Positions 24,901 through 37,510 of a DNA stretch of 64,000 nt are shown here, one piece after another. Made by a program: the position numbers and the translations under genes. The first letter of the stretch is position 1, and the number at the start of each line of letters is the position of its first letter. The notes beneath the pieces are model-generated. The model worked only from the letters and a program-made list of their open reading frames with translations, had not been told where the DNA came from and made no database searches. This DNA comes from Malacoraja senta (taxonomy: Eukaryota): the NCBI GenBank assembly GCA_038087875.1, contig CM075998.1, forward strand, positions 2,544,001-2,608,000, given 5' to 3'.

Positions 24901-27900
24901 CCCTTTTTAAATGTAAAGTAGATGGGGATTATAAACGTCCCTCAATGCTATTCAAATGCATGTAGAGAGTTTCTGTGGTGTCCAGGCCAGCACCATCCGA
25001 AGATGTTTGTTTCATTACCATTCACAAATCAGTTTGCACACAAACCAGCTCCCCGCCCACCCCCACACCATCCACCGACTCCATCTATATTTCACACTGC
25101 GTCGTGGAAGCGGCTAACATAATCAGGGACCACTCGAACCCCGGTCATTTCCTCTTCTCCACTCTCCTATTAGGCAGATGGTACAAAAGCTTGAAAGCAC
25201 ATGCCACCAGATTTGAGAACAGTTTCTTCCCTGCTGTTATCAGACTCTTGTACGGACCTATCATATGCTAGAGATGAATTTCCGATCTTCCAATCCATCT
25301 TGTGGCCATTGCGCTTTTAAAAAATTTGCACTTTCTCTGCAGCTGTAACATTATTCTGCGAGGTGTTTATTTTCTCCTTTTCCTTACCTGATGTACTCAT
25401 GTACGGTATGATTTTTCCGGATAGCACGCAAAACAGTTTTTCACTATATCTCAGTATATGTGACAATAATAAGCCAATGACATATTGGATTTTGCAGTGC
25501 GCAAAGTAGCTGCTGCGCTTGCCTGCACAACAGTCGCTAAACTCCACTATGTGAAGTGCTTCAGAAATGTTTCAAATGGATGTGATAAGTTGGTGTGCAA
25601 ATGTACTTTTAAATTTTGAAAATGATCCCTTTCCCTTTAACTTGAAAATATTCAATGATGCCGAGTTACTCCATACCATACCTTTAGTAGAATGTGTCCA
25701 GCTGCTCAATCTACTCGTTCAGGGGCAGAAGAATGGAACTACTCTTGGCTGGAAAGGAGGAGAGTGGTGGGTATATGGAACGAGTTGTCAGAGGATGTAA
25801 TTGAGGCAGGTACAATAACATTTAAAAGGCACTTCGACGGGTACATGGATAGAAAAGGTTTAGAAGGATATGGGCCAAACGCGGGCAAATGGAACTAGTT
25901 AAGATGGGGCATTTTGGTCGGCATGGACAAGATGCGTCTTGGTCGGCATTGACAAGACAGGCCAGAGAGCCTGTTTCCGTACTGTATGACTCTGAGTTGG
26001 ATGATCAGCCATGATCATATTGAATGGCGGTGCAGGCTCGAAGGGCCGAATGGCCTATTCCTGTACCTATTTTCTATGTTTCTATGACTCTAAAACAGCG
26101 TACCAGTTGCCCATGATGAATTTGGATATGCAATGTAATTGTGGAATGGTTCTAACCTTGTCTACGTTAAAGCACTTGTGCTCACAAAACCAAGGGAGAA
26201 TCTTCCTTGCAAATCAAAATGTTCATGGAATGCAGTAAATGTTGGCAAAATTATACTTGTTGATTTGAGGACACTAAGAATCAATGATATAGCATTGGAT
26301 TATCACGGGTGCAGAACCAGGCTGAGGCCGGGTCAGATCCAACTAATCTGAATCATTTTGTGGTATTGCGTCTTATGATTCAAGTGCACAAATTGCTGGA
26401 TTTATTGAATTCAATTTCACAACTTGCTACTTGAACTTGAAACATCCTGCATTCCTGGTCCACTATCATAATCTCAAAGTTATTAGGCTCTAATTCGTTG
26501 AAGACTGAGTTGTTAATTTAAGACAAGTCACTATAGAGGCTCGGTATGAAAGAAAATCCTCAATGTGTTAAGTCCTTAAGTATTTTCTAGTATCCTGTTA
26601 TGCAATAGTCCATGAACTCCACACGAGCACTGAGTTCAATGTTTCAATGTGATGACTGGAGCCTTAAGAGCTTTGGCAAGCTTTTTTTTTAATTTCTGGA
26701 TCTTGTAAGTCACTATTCAGTGAATTGTCTTTTATCATCTATCTCCCCCAAATCCCAAACAGTGCCACCGTGGGGCACTTGGTGCATGACTGAAAAGTAC
26801 ATTGACCTTCTGTACCCATTAGCCCAAAGAGCTTCACAAGGTCATTTGCAGAGATCACTGTGGTATCACTCCTCGAAACCTGGTACCAATGAATCAGTGA
26901 GCAATGGGCTTGCACAGAGGCCCAAGAGTGAGTGGCTTTGCTGGGTTCCTTCCACTCACTTGGGGGAGGAGTGACTGTGAAGAGTCATGTTCAGAACAAA
27001 TGAAGAGTATTTACACAAAGTGCTGGAGTAACTTAGCGGGTCAGGCTGAAAAATCTTTGGAGAATGTGGATAGGTGATGTTTCAGGTCGGGGCCCTTCTT
27101 CAGACCAATTGTAGGGTCCCGACCTGAAACGTCACCTATCCACAATCTCCAAACGATGTTGCCTGACCCACTGCGTTACTCCAGCACTTTTGTGTAAACC
27201 AGCATCTGCAGTGCCTTGTTTCTAAGAATATTTACAAATTGATACTTCTCATTGTTCTATTATTTTGTATTTTTCTCTTCCAGAATCTCTGGAAATGAAT
27301 CTAAAAGCTCCAGCTCCGCGCAGTTGGCGGAATGTAACCCCGTGGGAGCTCTACAGGTATTTATTTCTTTCCCCGAATCCGAGAATACATTATATTTTTA
27401 AGTTCAACACAAAGTGCTGGAGTAACTCAGCGAGTCAGGCAGCATCTCCGGAGAACATGGATAGGCGACGCTTTTGGTTGGGACCCATCCTCCGACTGAT
27501 TGTAGTTGGTGGGGGGGTGAAGCTGGAAAAGAGGTGGGGGTGGGACAAAGCCTGGCAAATGAAGTGGATTGGTGAGTGGGGGACTTGATGGGCAGATGGG
27601 TGAACAAATTATAGAGATGAAAAGGAGACAAAGGGGTGTTGGATAAAGAGAGAAGAGGTGTGAAATTTAAAGCCAATGGGATGGATATAGGTGGACATGA
27701 TAATGGGAGAAATGGGTGCGCATGTGGGGGTGAGGGGGCACAGGAAACCACTAAAAAAATAGATGTAAGCTATGCAAGCAAAATATGAGGTGTGCTGTTC
27801 CTCCAGTTTGCATGTGATCTCCCTTTGGCATTTTTAAGCTCTGTAGCTTTACATAGACTTCATTGAAGCAGAAATTTCAACCTAACGGGTCTGAATCAGC

Positions 27901-30900
27901 GTTTAAGCCACACGCATGTCTCTCCTCACTTTGCTTTATCCATCACCTTATCCCATTTTTTTCCCTTTGTGTTTATCCAGCTATCCACCTGATCCACCTG
28001 TGCCTTTTCTTTTTAACCATGCTTTCCGATGACAGTTTCCACATTGTAACCTCTCCAAGAAGTGAAGCTTCTGCCAAATTGCATAAAGAGTTTATTAGAG
28101 ACCTCCTTACATTTCTGGGCCGTAGCTTTGACTGTTTTTCTCCCTCCTGCTCTATCAGAGCTCTTCATAATTTTCGATCTCAATTGGACAGCTCCTCGCC
28201 CTTGTTTCGGAGAAAAAGCCCCAGCTTTTCCGAAAGTTATACATTTCGATCTGGTGCCATTCCAACATATCTTGCTTGCTTCCTCACCAGTTCCTCTGTA
28301 CCTTTGTTGTAATATAGAGACCAGACTCTGTAGTGTCTTGGATGTGTTAGGCACTGGTTTGGGATACAGGGAATTGTAAGATTCCGGTTATTTGACACAA
28401 GGGATTTTAATCCTTTTTTTTTTGTCTGTATATTCATGTTCACGGGCTAGTCGCATGGGTAAGATGAAGCAGGTTTTAAAACTGCATTTATCCCCAATGT
28501 GATTTTTCTCCATCAACAAGGCAATACTTTAGAGCAAAGTTGTGCAATGGGTTTTGTGAAAATGCTCATGGAAGCACTGAGTTTCATTGGCAAGGAGGTG
28601 GCGTGGAGTTTTGGGAGGTTTATAATTGGGAGAGGGCCGATTTGTATCCTGATAATTGTGGGTTAATGTCTTTGGACAAATGCTTTCAGTAATCTTCCGT
28701 TTAGTGTGTGCTCTTTCTTTCCAGGAGCTAGTGGTTCAGAAAGGATGGAGACTCCCAGAATATACAGTGACTCAGGAATCGGGTCCTGCCCACAGGAAAG
28801 AGTTCACCATGACCTGCAGAGTCGAGAGATTCTTGGAGATAGGCAAGTATTTCAGTGTCGTGCTTGTCTCTATGGAGTGAGGGCTCTCTGCTGCCTCTGG
28901 TCACTGTTCTGTCCAAGATAGCACACAAACCAAGCTGGTGTCAATTTCCCTTTTGAGTTTGTTGTAGGGCAGGTGTGTGCGTCACTTGCAATGTCACACT
29001 GACATAGGAACCGGAGTCGGTCCACTTGTTCTGTAGTAATTGTAAATATCAATTGAAGGCCAGACATGTATTCCAGTGTGATGAAGTTCTGACGTTGGTT
29101 ACCTCTATTACTTGCCAAAACATGTGCAGGGCAGGGAGGGATGGGGTTCTACTTTGGATCACATTGGTGAGTTCTACTCAATTTACAGAGGGCCAATTAA
29201 CCCACACATCTTTGGGATGTGGGAGAAAACCCACACAGTCACAGGGAGAACGCGCATGCTTCTTTCCAGCAAAATACAAGGCAACCTTCGAAATATTGTG
29301 TGTCCGGTATTATGGTTGCCATTGAGAAGAAACGGGTGGGGGTTGGTGTTGGCATGCACATGTCTCCTATCTTTCCACTTGAAGAAACATTTTCAGCAAT
29401 TATTCCGAGCAATTAATGCATAACACTTGCTGTGAGGCTGTGATCATTTTGTCCATTGGGGTGTTGAAGAACAAGTATGGTATCACTTATCCATAGTTGA
29501 GAAAGCAATGTAAAAAATGGGTTGTGTGTAATAAATCCTATATTTGCTCTGTCATCTCCTTTGTAGGAAGTGGGACCTCAAAAAAGCTGGCCAAACGCAA
29601 TGCTGCTGCCAAGATGTTAGCAAGGATCCATGACGTTCCAGTGGATCAGAGGGATGGGAATGAAGTTGAGTTGGAAGATGACCAGTTTTCCATAGTAAGT
29701 GTATTAATGTTGCTGATAGAGCACCAGATCGGATGGTGGTGATGTGACTCCACTACCAGCCTTTTTGTAAAAGGACAAACTATGGGGACAGAGCCAAGAT
29801 TGGAGATTGATTTTATTGAGGAAGTGACATTGAAGTCTGATTGGTAATGAGGTAGTTGGGGGGAAATCTTGATACCGTGCCCATTTAAAGAGCTCGATGA
29901 GATTTGGAAGTGGGTCTTCTGTGGTGGGCAGTTCATGGTCTGTTTCCAATTTTGGGAACAGTTTACAATTTTCTTTACTTGGCTAATCTCAGAGAGTGGG
30001 TGTCATTGACAATGCCCGTCTTCAACTGCCTTAATTTGATGAAACCGAATAACTTACTCGGACACTTCAAATCCAGTTTGGTGTAACTCACACGGTGTGT
30101 CACAGGGTTAAAATAACAGCCTGGCATTCCAGTCAGGCAGGATTCCCTCCTTGAAGAACATTAATTCAACCTGTAGACGCAAGGAACTGCAGATGCTGGT
30201 TTACCAAAAAAAAGTCACAAAGTACGGAAATAACAGCAGGTCAGACAGCATCTCTGGAGAACATGGATAGACGACATTTTGGGTCGGGCCCTTATTCAGA
30301 CTCGATAGGGGATGTTTCAAGTTGGGACTCTTCTTCAGACCTGTTGGGTTTCCGCAACCTCCTACATGCTTTGTAATGACTTTCACCTATTTCAATAATC
30401 TCAGCTGTCGTAATGATGTTGGAATTTGCTTTAAGTGCATTAATGATCCTGGGTTTCAAATCAGCTAAATGTCAAATGGGTTCCTATTCTGTGGGCTGGT
30501 AAGTTAATCGGCCACTATGAATTACTCCTGGAGATGTAGGTGAAGGGTAGAATTTGGTGTAGTCCATGGGACTGTGGGGAGAATAAACATGGGATTAGTG
30601 TCAGTTGATGGTCAGCACAGACTCAATGGGCTGAAGGGCCTGTTTCTGTGCTGTATTGTTCCATAGCAAGGCGAGGGGAAAATTGAAGAGGCCAGAGTTA
30701 GCTTTCTTAACTTGTGTTGAACAGATGCTGTGTGTGGAGTTTGCACGTTCTCCCTATGACCACGTGGGTTTCCTTCGGGTGCTCTGGTTTCCTCCCATAT
30801 CCCAAATACATGTGGGTTTGTAGGTTAATTGACCTGTAAATTGGTGTGTAGGGAGTGGATGAGAAAGTGGGATAACATAGAACTAGTGTGAACATGTGAT

Positions 30901-32877
30901 CGATAGTCAGTGGGCCGAAGGGCCTGTCTCCATGCTGTATCTAAACTAAACAGCCCATTCAGCCTGACCACTCAATATTGCAGTTTGTGCACATCAGTAT
31001 GGCTATAGATGTGTAAAAATAATGCAAGAATAACTACCACCAGTTGTGCTCGCCTTCACTCATTTGGCTTTTTCTTGTTATCGCTCCCCACCTTGCTATC
31101 CCTCTTGCTCCACCTCCCTACATCTAGATGCTTAGCAGCAAACTGGATTGTCCAAGAGGCAAGAACACAGGTTGCACATGGGATTCGCTCCGGAATTCTG
31201 TTGGAGAAAGGATTATGCACCTCAAGAGCCATCCACTCGGTGTGGTCAACTCCAACTTTTGCCAGATGCTGAGGGAGTTGGCAGAAGAGCAGCGGTTCGA
31301 TGTTAGTTACTTGGACATCGGTAAGTCTCCTTTGGCTGTATACCACAGTGCATGGAGTCTGTTCCACGCGGAATGGATTAATCAAAGTTTAGTAATACTG
31401 GTAAGATGATAGTGACAAGGAAGTGCAGACGCTGGAATTTTGAGCAAAACACACAAAGTGCTGGATTAACTCGGCAGGTCAGGCAGCATCAGTGGAGGGA
31501 ATGGACAGGTGACATTTCGGATCAGGAACCTGACCTGAAATATTGCCTGTCCATTTTCCTCCACCGATATTGCCTGACCTGCAGAGTTCCTCCAGCACTT
31601 TGTTTTTTTGCTGGTAAGATGATGTATGGCTTTGTCATTAAGGCATATCCGTCTTTGAATTTGTAGATCGATTAATCTCCTGGAAATACTACTTGCATCA
31701 CCAAGAATAAATGAGTAATCCTCTTTTCATTAAGGGATTGGTTTATATGATGAGCTTTGAAGTGAAAGAGGATATTTGCTCTTTGCTTTCCTGGTACGTC
31801 TCAAAGTGCTTTGATTGAAATGAACATTGACATTGTCAGCTGCTGCAGCTAATTTGCATCCAACAATAACTTCACACGCTAAGTGAAATGAATGATCAGT
31901 TAATTTGTCTTTACTGACATTTGAGGGAACTTCCTACTATTAACTGAAACATGATGCTGACAGTGCAAACTCAAACTCGGGAGCAGTCGAACACCCCAGT
32001 TTTATTGGAGAAACAAGGAACTGCTGTTGCTGGAGCTAAACACAAAGGGTTTGAAGAAGAGTCCTGCACCGAAACGTCGTCTGTCCATTCCCTCTACAGC
32101 TGTTGCCTGACCCGCAGAGCATTTTGGACGACACGGTGGTGCAGCGGTAGAGTTGCTGCCTCACAGCACCAGAGACCCGGTTTCGATTCTGACTATGGGT
32201 GTTGTTTATATGGAGTTTGTATGTTCCCCCTGTGACCGCGTGGGTTTTCTCCGGGTGCTCCGGCTTCCACCCACATTCCAAAGACGTGCGGGTTTGTAGG
32301 TTAATTGGCTTCTGTAAATTGTCCCTTGTGTGCAGGATAGAATTGTTAGTTGTTGGTTGGCATGGACTTGGTGGGCCGAAGGGCCTGTTTCCACGCTTTG
32401 TCTCTAAACCAAACTAAACATTGTGTTTTGCTCAATTTCGGTGCAATTTCCTCTACTTTATTGTTCCAGTTAATCCTTGGCAGGGTTGTACATAATTCAG
32501 AATCTCATCTCTCTATGGTGGTTAATTTCCCAACTGCAGGACACCTTTAATGGTTACTTTGCAGTTTTTGGTGATTGATAGACCAGTTAATCTAGTTTAA
32601 GGGAAAGACAGCTGGTAGAACGTTAGTTCACTGATAAGTAGCTTGATGCAAGTATGTGATCCTGTTTATCAAGATATCTGATAACCTCGAGTGTCTTTTG
32701 TGGTCCTTTTGTTTTCCAGAAGAGTTGAGTTTGAGTGGTTTGTACCAATGTCTTGTGGAGTTATCCACGCAGCCCACCACCGTCTGCCATGGCTCTGCCT
32801 CAATGAGGGATTGTGCTCGTGCCAATGCAGCTCACAATGCACTGCAGTATTTGAAAATAATGGCTGGAGGAAAATGA
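18726..32877 (+). CDS. TARBP2: RISC-loading complex subunit TARBP2 (TRBP), three dsRNA-binding domains
   Basis: Exons: 18726-18779 ([17 protein letters not shown]; one extra C relative to the frame), 20534-20703 ([48 protein letters not shown]), 23231-23333 ([16 protein letters not shown]), an uncertain linker exon at about 26823-26927, 27284-27356 (ECNPVGALQ), 28725-28842 ([36 protein letters not shown]), 29567-29694 ([18 protein letters not shown]), 31128-31320 ([15 protein letters not shown]) and 32720-32877 ([19 protein letters not shown]...[12 protein letters not shown], stop). The residues are diagnostic of TARBP2 rather than PRKRA. Confidence 0.96.
25090..25480 (+). mobile_element. Rex1-type LINE 3' fragment
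   Basis: Translates to [47 protein letters not shown], homologous to the C-terminus of the 988-aa ORF (AGKIIKDPSHPNHGLFALLPSGRRYRSL...RNSF). Confidence 0.75.
27404..27830 (-). mobile_element. Penelope-like element 3' fragment (GIY-YIG tail plus pLTR-like region)
   Basis: The minus strand at about 27780-27830 encodes [13 protein letters not shown]. It continues through a pyrimidine-rich region into the hammerhead-bearing repeat unit ending gagttactccagcactttgtgt. Confidence 0.6.
32130..32420 (+). mobile_element. tRNA-derived V-SINE (HE1-like), near full length
   Basis: Head cacggtggtgcagcggtagagttgctgcctcacagcaccagagacccggtttcgattc, V-domain, and tail gggccgaagggcctgtttccacgctttgtctctaaaccaaactaaac. 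Confidence 0.8.
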
Positions 32878-35800
32878 GTCTGATGCTGAATCATGTCGTT
32901 CTTCATCTGACCAGCACTATTTTCTTTTGCTCCCAAACTGAAGTATTTTTTTAAAATCAACAACTTGAATCTCACAAGACATGCACTTGACTGAAAGTTC
33001 CGTGCTGCTCAGTCTGCCTACCAGGTGCCTTTTTAAATTTTAGGAAAGAGAAGTCCGGTCCGGGAGAAGAAAGGGATCTGAAGGCTTCTTGTAAGGAAAT
33101 GCATAATTATAACATGTTCTCCCACATGGGCCACCCACAGGTCTTTAGTTCTTTGGTGGGCCAACCTGCCGTTATCATTGGGGAACACATTATATCCCAT
33201 GAGTTTCCCAAAACTGGTACTAAGAAACCCAGTGTGGTTGTAAGTAGCACCCTGGGCCTATTTACAGTAGTTCTAGTGGAATTGCTTCAGTAATGTTGGC
33301 ATCTGCTGTGATTCTTTTTATCCAATTTTCCCTCAAAATGTAATGTGTTTTAAGGGACCAAACTTAGGGCATTCACCTGTAATGATTGTCAAGATCAGTA
33401 ATCATCCACATGGCACACGGGACATTGTTGTGTCAACATGTCTTTGAGTCCTACGCCACAGATTCAGGCCATTAGGCCCACCGTGTCCTTGGCAACCATC
33501 AAGTACCCCGTCTCTACTAATCCCATTTACCAGCAGCACTTGGTCCGTATGCCTGTGTGTGTGTGTGTGTCCCATCACTTTGTGGCATTGTGTGCCTGTG
33601 GATTTCTCGAGTGTACCAAGGCATGATCTTGACTAGGGTTGCCTGGGCGTTGGGAAGCTGCTGATTGCTCCTTTCAAAGAAAGGCTCTGGCCGATCTCTG
33701 TGAGAGGTTTCCTATCTGCTGCTGTTCCTTGGACACAATGCAGCATTTTCAGCATCCCTGCAAATAATTGTGCAGCTGTGTGATGATGGGAGGTTAGGAT
33801 AAGCTACAGAGATAAATATGATTTTTTTTTAATTCTGTTAAGTATTATGATGCTTATTTGAAATGTTATTTATCATTTTTGGAACTTTTGAGTCCAATGA
33901 TCGGCTTAATTAAAGGATGTGCACTACTTAGTGACCATACGTCACACCATACTTCAGTGAAAGTAATTGTTCCATACTGCACAAATGGCAGCTTGCGGAT
34001 GAACCGATTTATACTTGTGTTCTACACCAGGACCTTATCAGTAGCTCGCTTGATGATCCTGCAATATTTCTGTTGCTAGGGAATCGTGTATTAGAAAAGC
34101 ACCCTTAACAAGTGCCCACCATCATTGGACTTTGCAGCTGTCTACAGTGAATATAGACCTTTTTACTTCAAATACAGAAGAGGCTCCTCCAGTTAAAGCA
34201 AAGGAAAAAAGAATTGGAAATTCTATAGCACTTTCGTGACTGCAGGACTTTCATACCCAACATGGTACTTTTAAAGTGTTATAAAGTAGAAAATGGCCTG
34301 TGAATAATGATGCAGTGTGATACTGGATCAGGTACATCAAGTGTCTCCCATTCCTTCTATCCAGAGACGCTGCCTCTTCCGCTGAGTTACTCCGGCATTT
34401 GTGTCTATCTAGAGTGTCTCAAGACTGATCCTTGCTTGGCTTGAGTTTAATGACTATCGAGTGCCCTTTGTACAGCGTGTGAATATTGGGCAAGGAAAGG
34501 ATCTGTTGCCGCCTGTCCATGCAAAGCTTACTGGTACCTGCTGTCAAAGCATGCGTGGTGTGATTTGTCACTTCGGTAAGGCACTGTGTCTCAATACATT
34601 TGGAAAGGCAGTTTTACGTTGGGGAGGCGGCGGTGAACAGGTTGAGAGAGTGATCGAGAGATTTGGAAGGGAGATATACTTGCACAGTATGAACGAACCT
34701 CTGCCGTTTCACAACCAAGGCCCAGAGCTGATATGGTTAGAGTTCCTGTTACTTGCTGTGAGGGTACTAAATGACAACCAATGTGGGTCCATAGCACAAA
34801 ACAGTTAGGCTCACTTAAGGCTGTTACGGCTTCAACCTTGGGAGGGAAAATCAAAAGTGGTGCACTCAATTGTTCCTCAAAGTTTTGTTTGAAGGCACAT
34901 TGAGTAGAGAATTGTTTGGTCAGTTGCCTGTTGTAAATGCATTCAGAAACAAAATCATGTTGATGCAGTTGCTGTGTGGACCAATTCTGGGATAGGTGCT
35001 GGGATAGGGCAGAGGAAGAGCCTCTCTGGTGCTGGCTGAGCCGCACTTTGGGATAAATTGTCCCTGACCACACAATGAGTGCACAATTCACCCAGCAAAT
35101 GTGATTCTAGGCAAAGCATTATACAGATGCTATGCGCGGATTTAGTTTTTGTTTTTTTATGGTAAGAGAAATTGTGTTTTCATTGAAATTGCTGTGTTGA
35201 ATTTAATGTTTTAAGTTTATATAATCTCTTTAACTATGAACTGAAGTAATGTGATTCTCCCCCCCCCCCCCCCCCCCCCCCCCATAAATTACATACTTTG
35301 TACTCTGCAATACTTTTGGAAGGTTTTGTTTATTTATCCAAGGAGAACTGGTGCGTTTGGAAAATTTACAAGGAACTGTGTTTGGGGAGATGAGAGGAAT
35401 ATATCCCTGTTTAAAGGCAAACAAAATACTGGGACTCTGAGCAGCTTCATTGATATCTATGGAGGAGAGAAAAAAAATATTGACTTGGCTTGAGCCTTAC
35501 CCGTTTAACTTCTTGTATTTTCAGTGTTTTTCCCCTTCATCTAACATGCACAGAGATTTGCCTGGCTTTGGTAGATAAGCATCTCTCTGCCCACCATTCC
35601 AGTGCAGATAACAGTGAATGGGTTAATTTGTGCACATCGAAGACATTGCCCACAATTATCACACATCACATCCTCAACCTGCAGTTGACATGTTGGTTTA
35701 CAGAGTTTCCTCACAGAGCAGTTCATTTCTCTAGACTTGGAATGTGGCCGACCTCAACCAAAAGCTATTGCCAGTAACATCTCAGTTGATCTCCCCATTT

Positions 35801-37236
35801 CACCTGCTGATTGATATCTAGTCTTGTGAAATTGAAAGCCTGATACCAAGCCTGCTGGTGTTTCTGTCCCAAGAATATCCTGCAGACAGATTCGAGGCTT
35901 ACATGCAAAGGAGAATGTATGGGTAAGATACCAGAGTCTTTGCAAGTGCATTTACCAAGTGCATCTTCCTTTCACAATGGGAGAAAGTTGGCAGGTGAAA
36001 AATATAACGTACTTCGATTCCCTCTGAATGTAATCTAGGTCTCTTCAAATCAGGCCAAACAGAAAGCCATGATGTGGAATCAACACCAAAACTTGCTAAA
36101 TGCATACCAAAAGTTTGCCGTGAGAGCCATGCAATTCTCTTGATCTGGGAAAGGGTAGGAATGATCTCCAATTAACCTCCTGCAACATATGTGACATTTG
36201 GGGGCCAGACTGATGGAGTGAAGATCAAGCCATCCACCTTTTGATCCACTGTTTAAATTGTCAAACATTTACATAAATTAAATATGTTTGCACAGTTTTA
36301 TTATAAAGTGAGGAATGTAAATACTACAATGAAGATCCATGGATTGAAATTCAGACCAGACCGCTGAAGTGAGCACCCTCCACCCACCACTCCCTGCCCC
36401 GATCAGAATTCTACCTTGTGGACTGATGGTGGCATTGGTAGCCCCCCTCTGCCCCAGTTGTAGGCCAAAGGACAGCCTTTCTGACAACACACAGTGGGGA
36501 GCCAAGTCTTATGGCAAAAACAGCGATTCTACACCCCACCCACACGCCCACAACTATTTACAATATTGACATTAGTTACAGTACTTCCCAATAGGTCAGC
36601 CAGCTGCCTTGACAGTGTTGGGCTCAGGTCTGAGGGGAGCCTGACCCTGTGCACTCCAGCTGCCACCGCGGAGGGAACCTGGCACCTGGGAGGATCAGCA
36701 GCCATTAAAGGACGAAGGCAAGAGATGAAGGAGAGCACTGCCAGCATAGAGGATGGGGTATCCATTTGGTCCAAGAGCGGCCTCTGGTTAAAATGAGTAA
36801 TAATAAGGTCCAGGAGAAGAAAGAAAAGATGGGGGTCAGAAAGAGAAAGGCTTAATTGACAGGGTGGATGAGGAGCCAAACTTCTCCCAGTTGGGGAACT
36901 GAGAATCGGGGGGGAAATGTTTCAGACGAAGCAGTCACCCATTTCAGATGGAGATGAGGGGTATTCACTCGCAGGAAGGCGAATCTTTGGAATTCTTTCC
37001 CCCCAGAGAGCTGTGAGTGTGACGGCAGTCACTGAATATATCCCAACCCACGGCACGCAGATTTTTGGGAGTCGAGGGTAAAATGGATGCAAGGCCAAGA
37101 TCATGTCAGCCACTTCCTTATTGAACGGCGGAGCAGGCTCGAGAGGACTATATAGACTCCTGTATGGAACACATTACCTGAGAAGATGTTGGGAGTAGAT
37201 TCAATGGCGACTCAATTGGAGAATTGGGTAGGTACT

Positions 37237-37510
37237 TTTAGTTTAGAGACATAGCGTGGAAACAGGCCCTTCGGCCCACCGACTGACCGAGTCCGCGCTG
37301 ACCAGCGATCCCCGTACACTCACTATCGAACACGCTAGGGACAATTTACAGAAGCCAAATTAACCTACAAACATGTACTTTGGAGTTTGGGAGGAAACCC
37401 ACGCAGGTCACGGGGAGAAGGTACAAACTCCGTACAGACAGCACCCGTAGTCAGGATTGAACCCGGGTCTCTGGCGCTGTGAGGCGGCAACTCTACCGCT
37501 GCGCCGCCCA
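37237..37510 (-). mobile_element. tRNA-derived V-SINE (HE1-like)
   Basis: Reverse complement of the same SINE consensus. Further copies lie at about 30720-30950 (+), 38632-38905 (-), 43845-44128 (-) and 52200-52470 (+). Confidence 0.8.
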
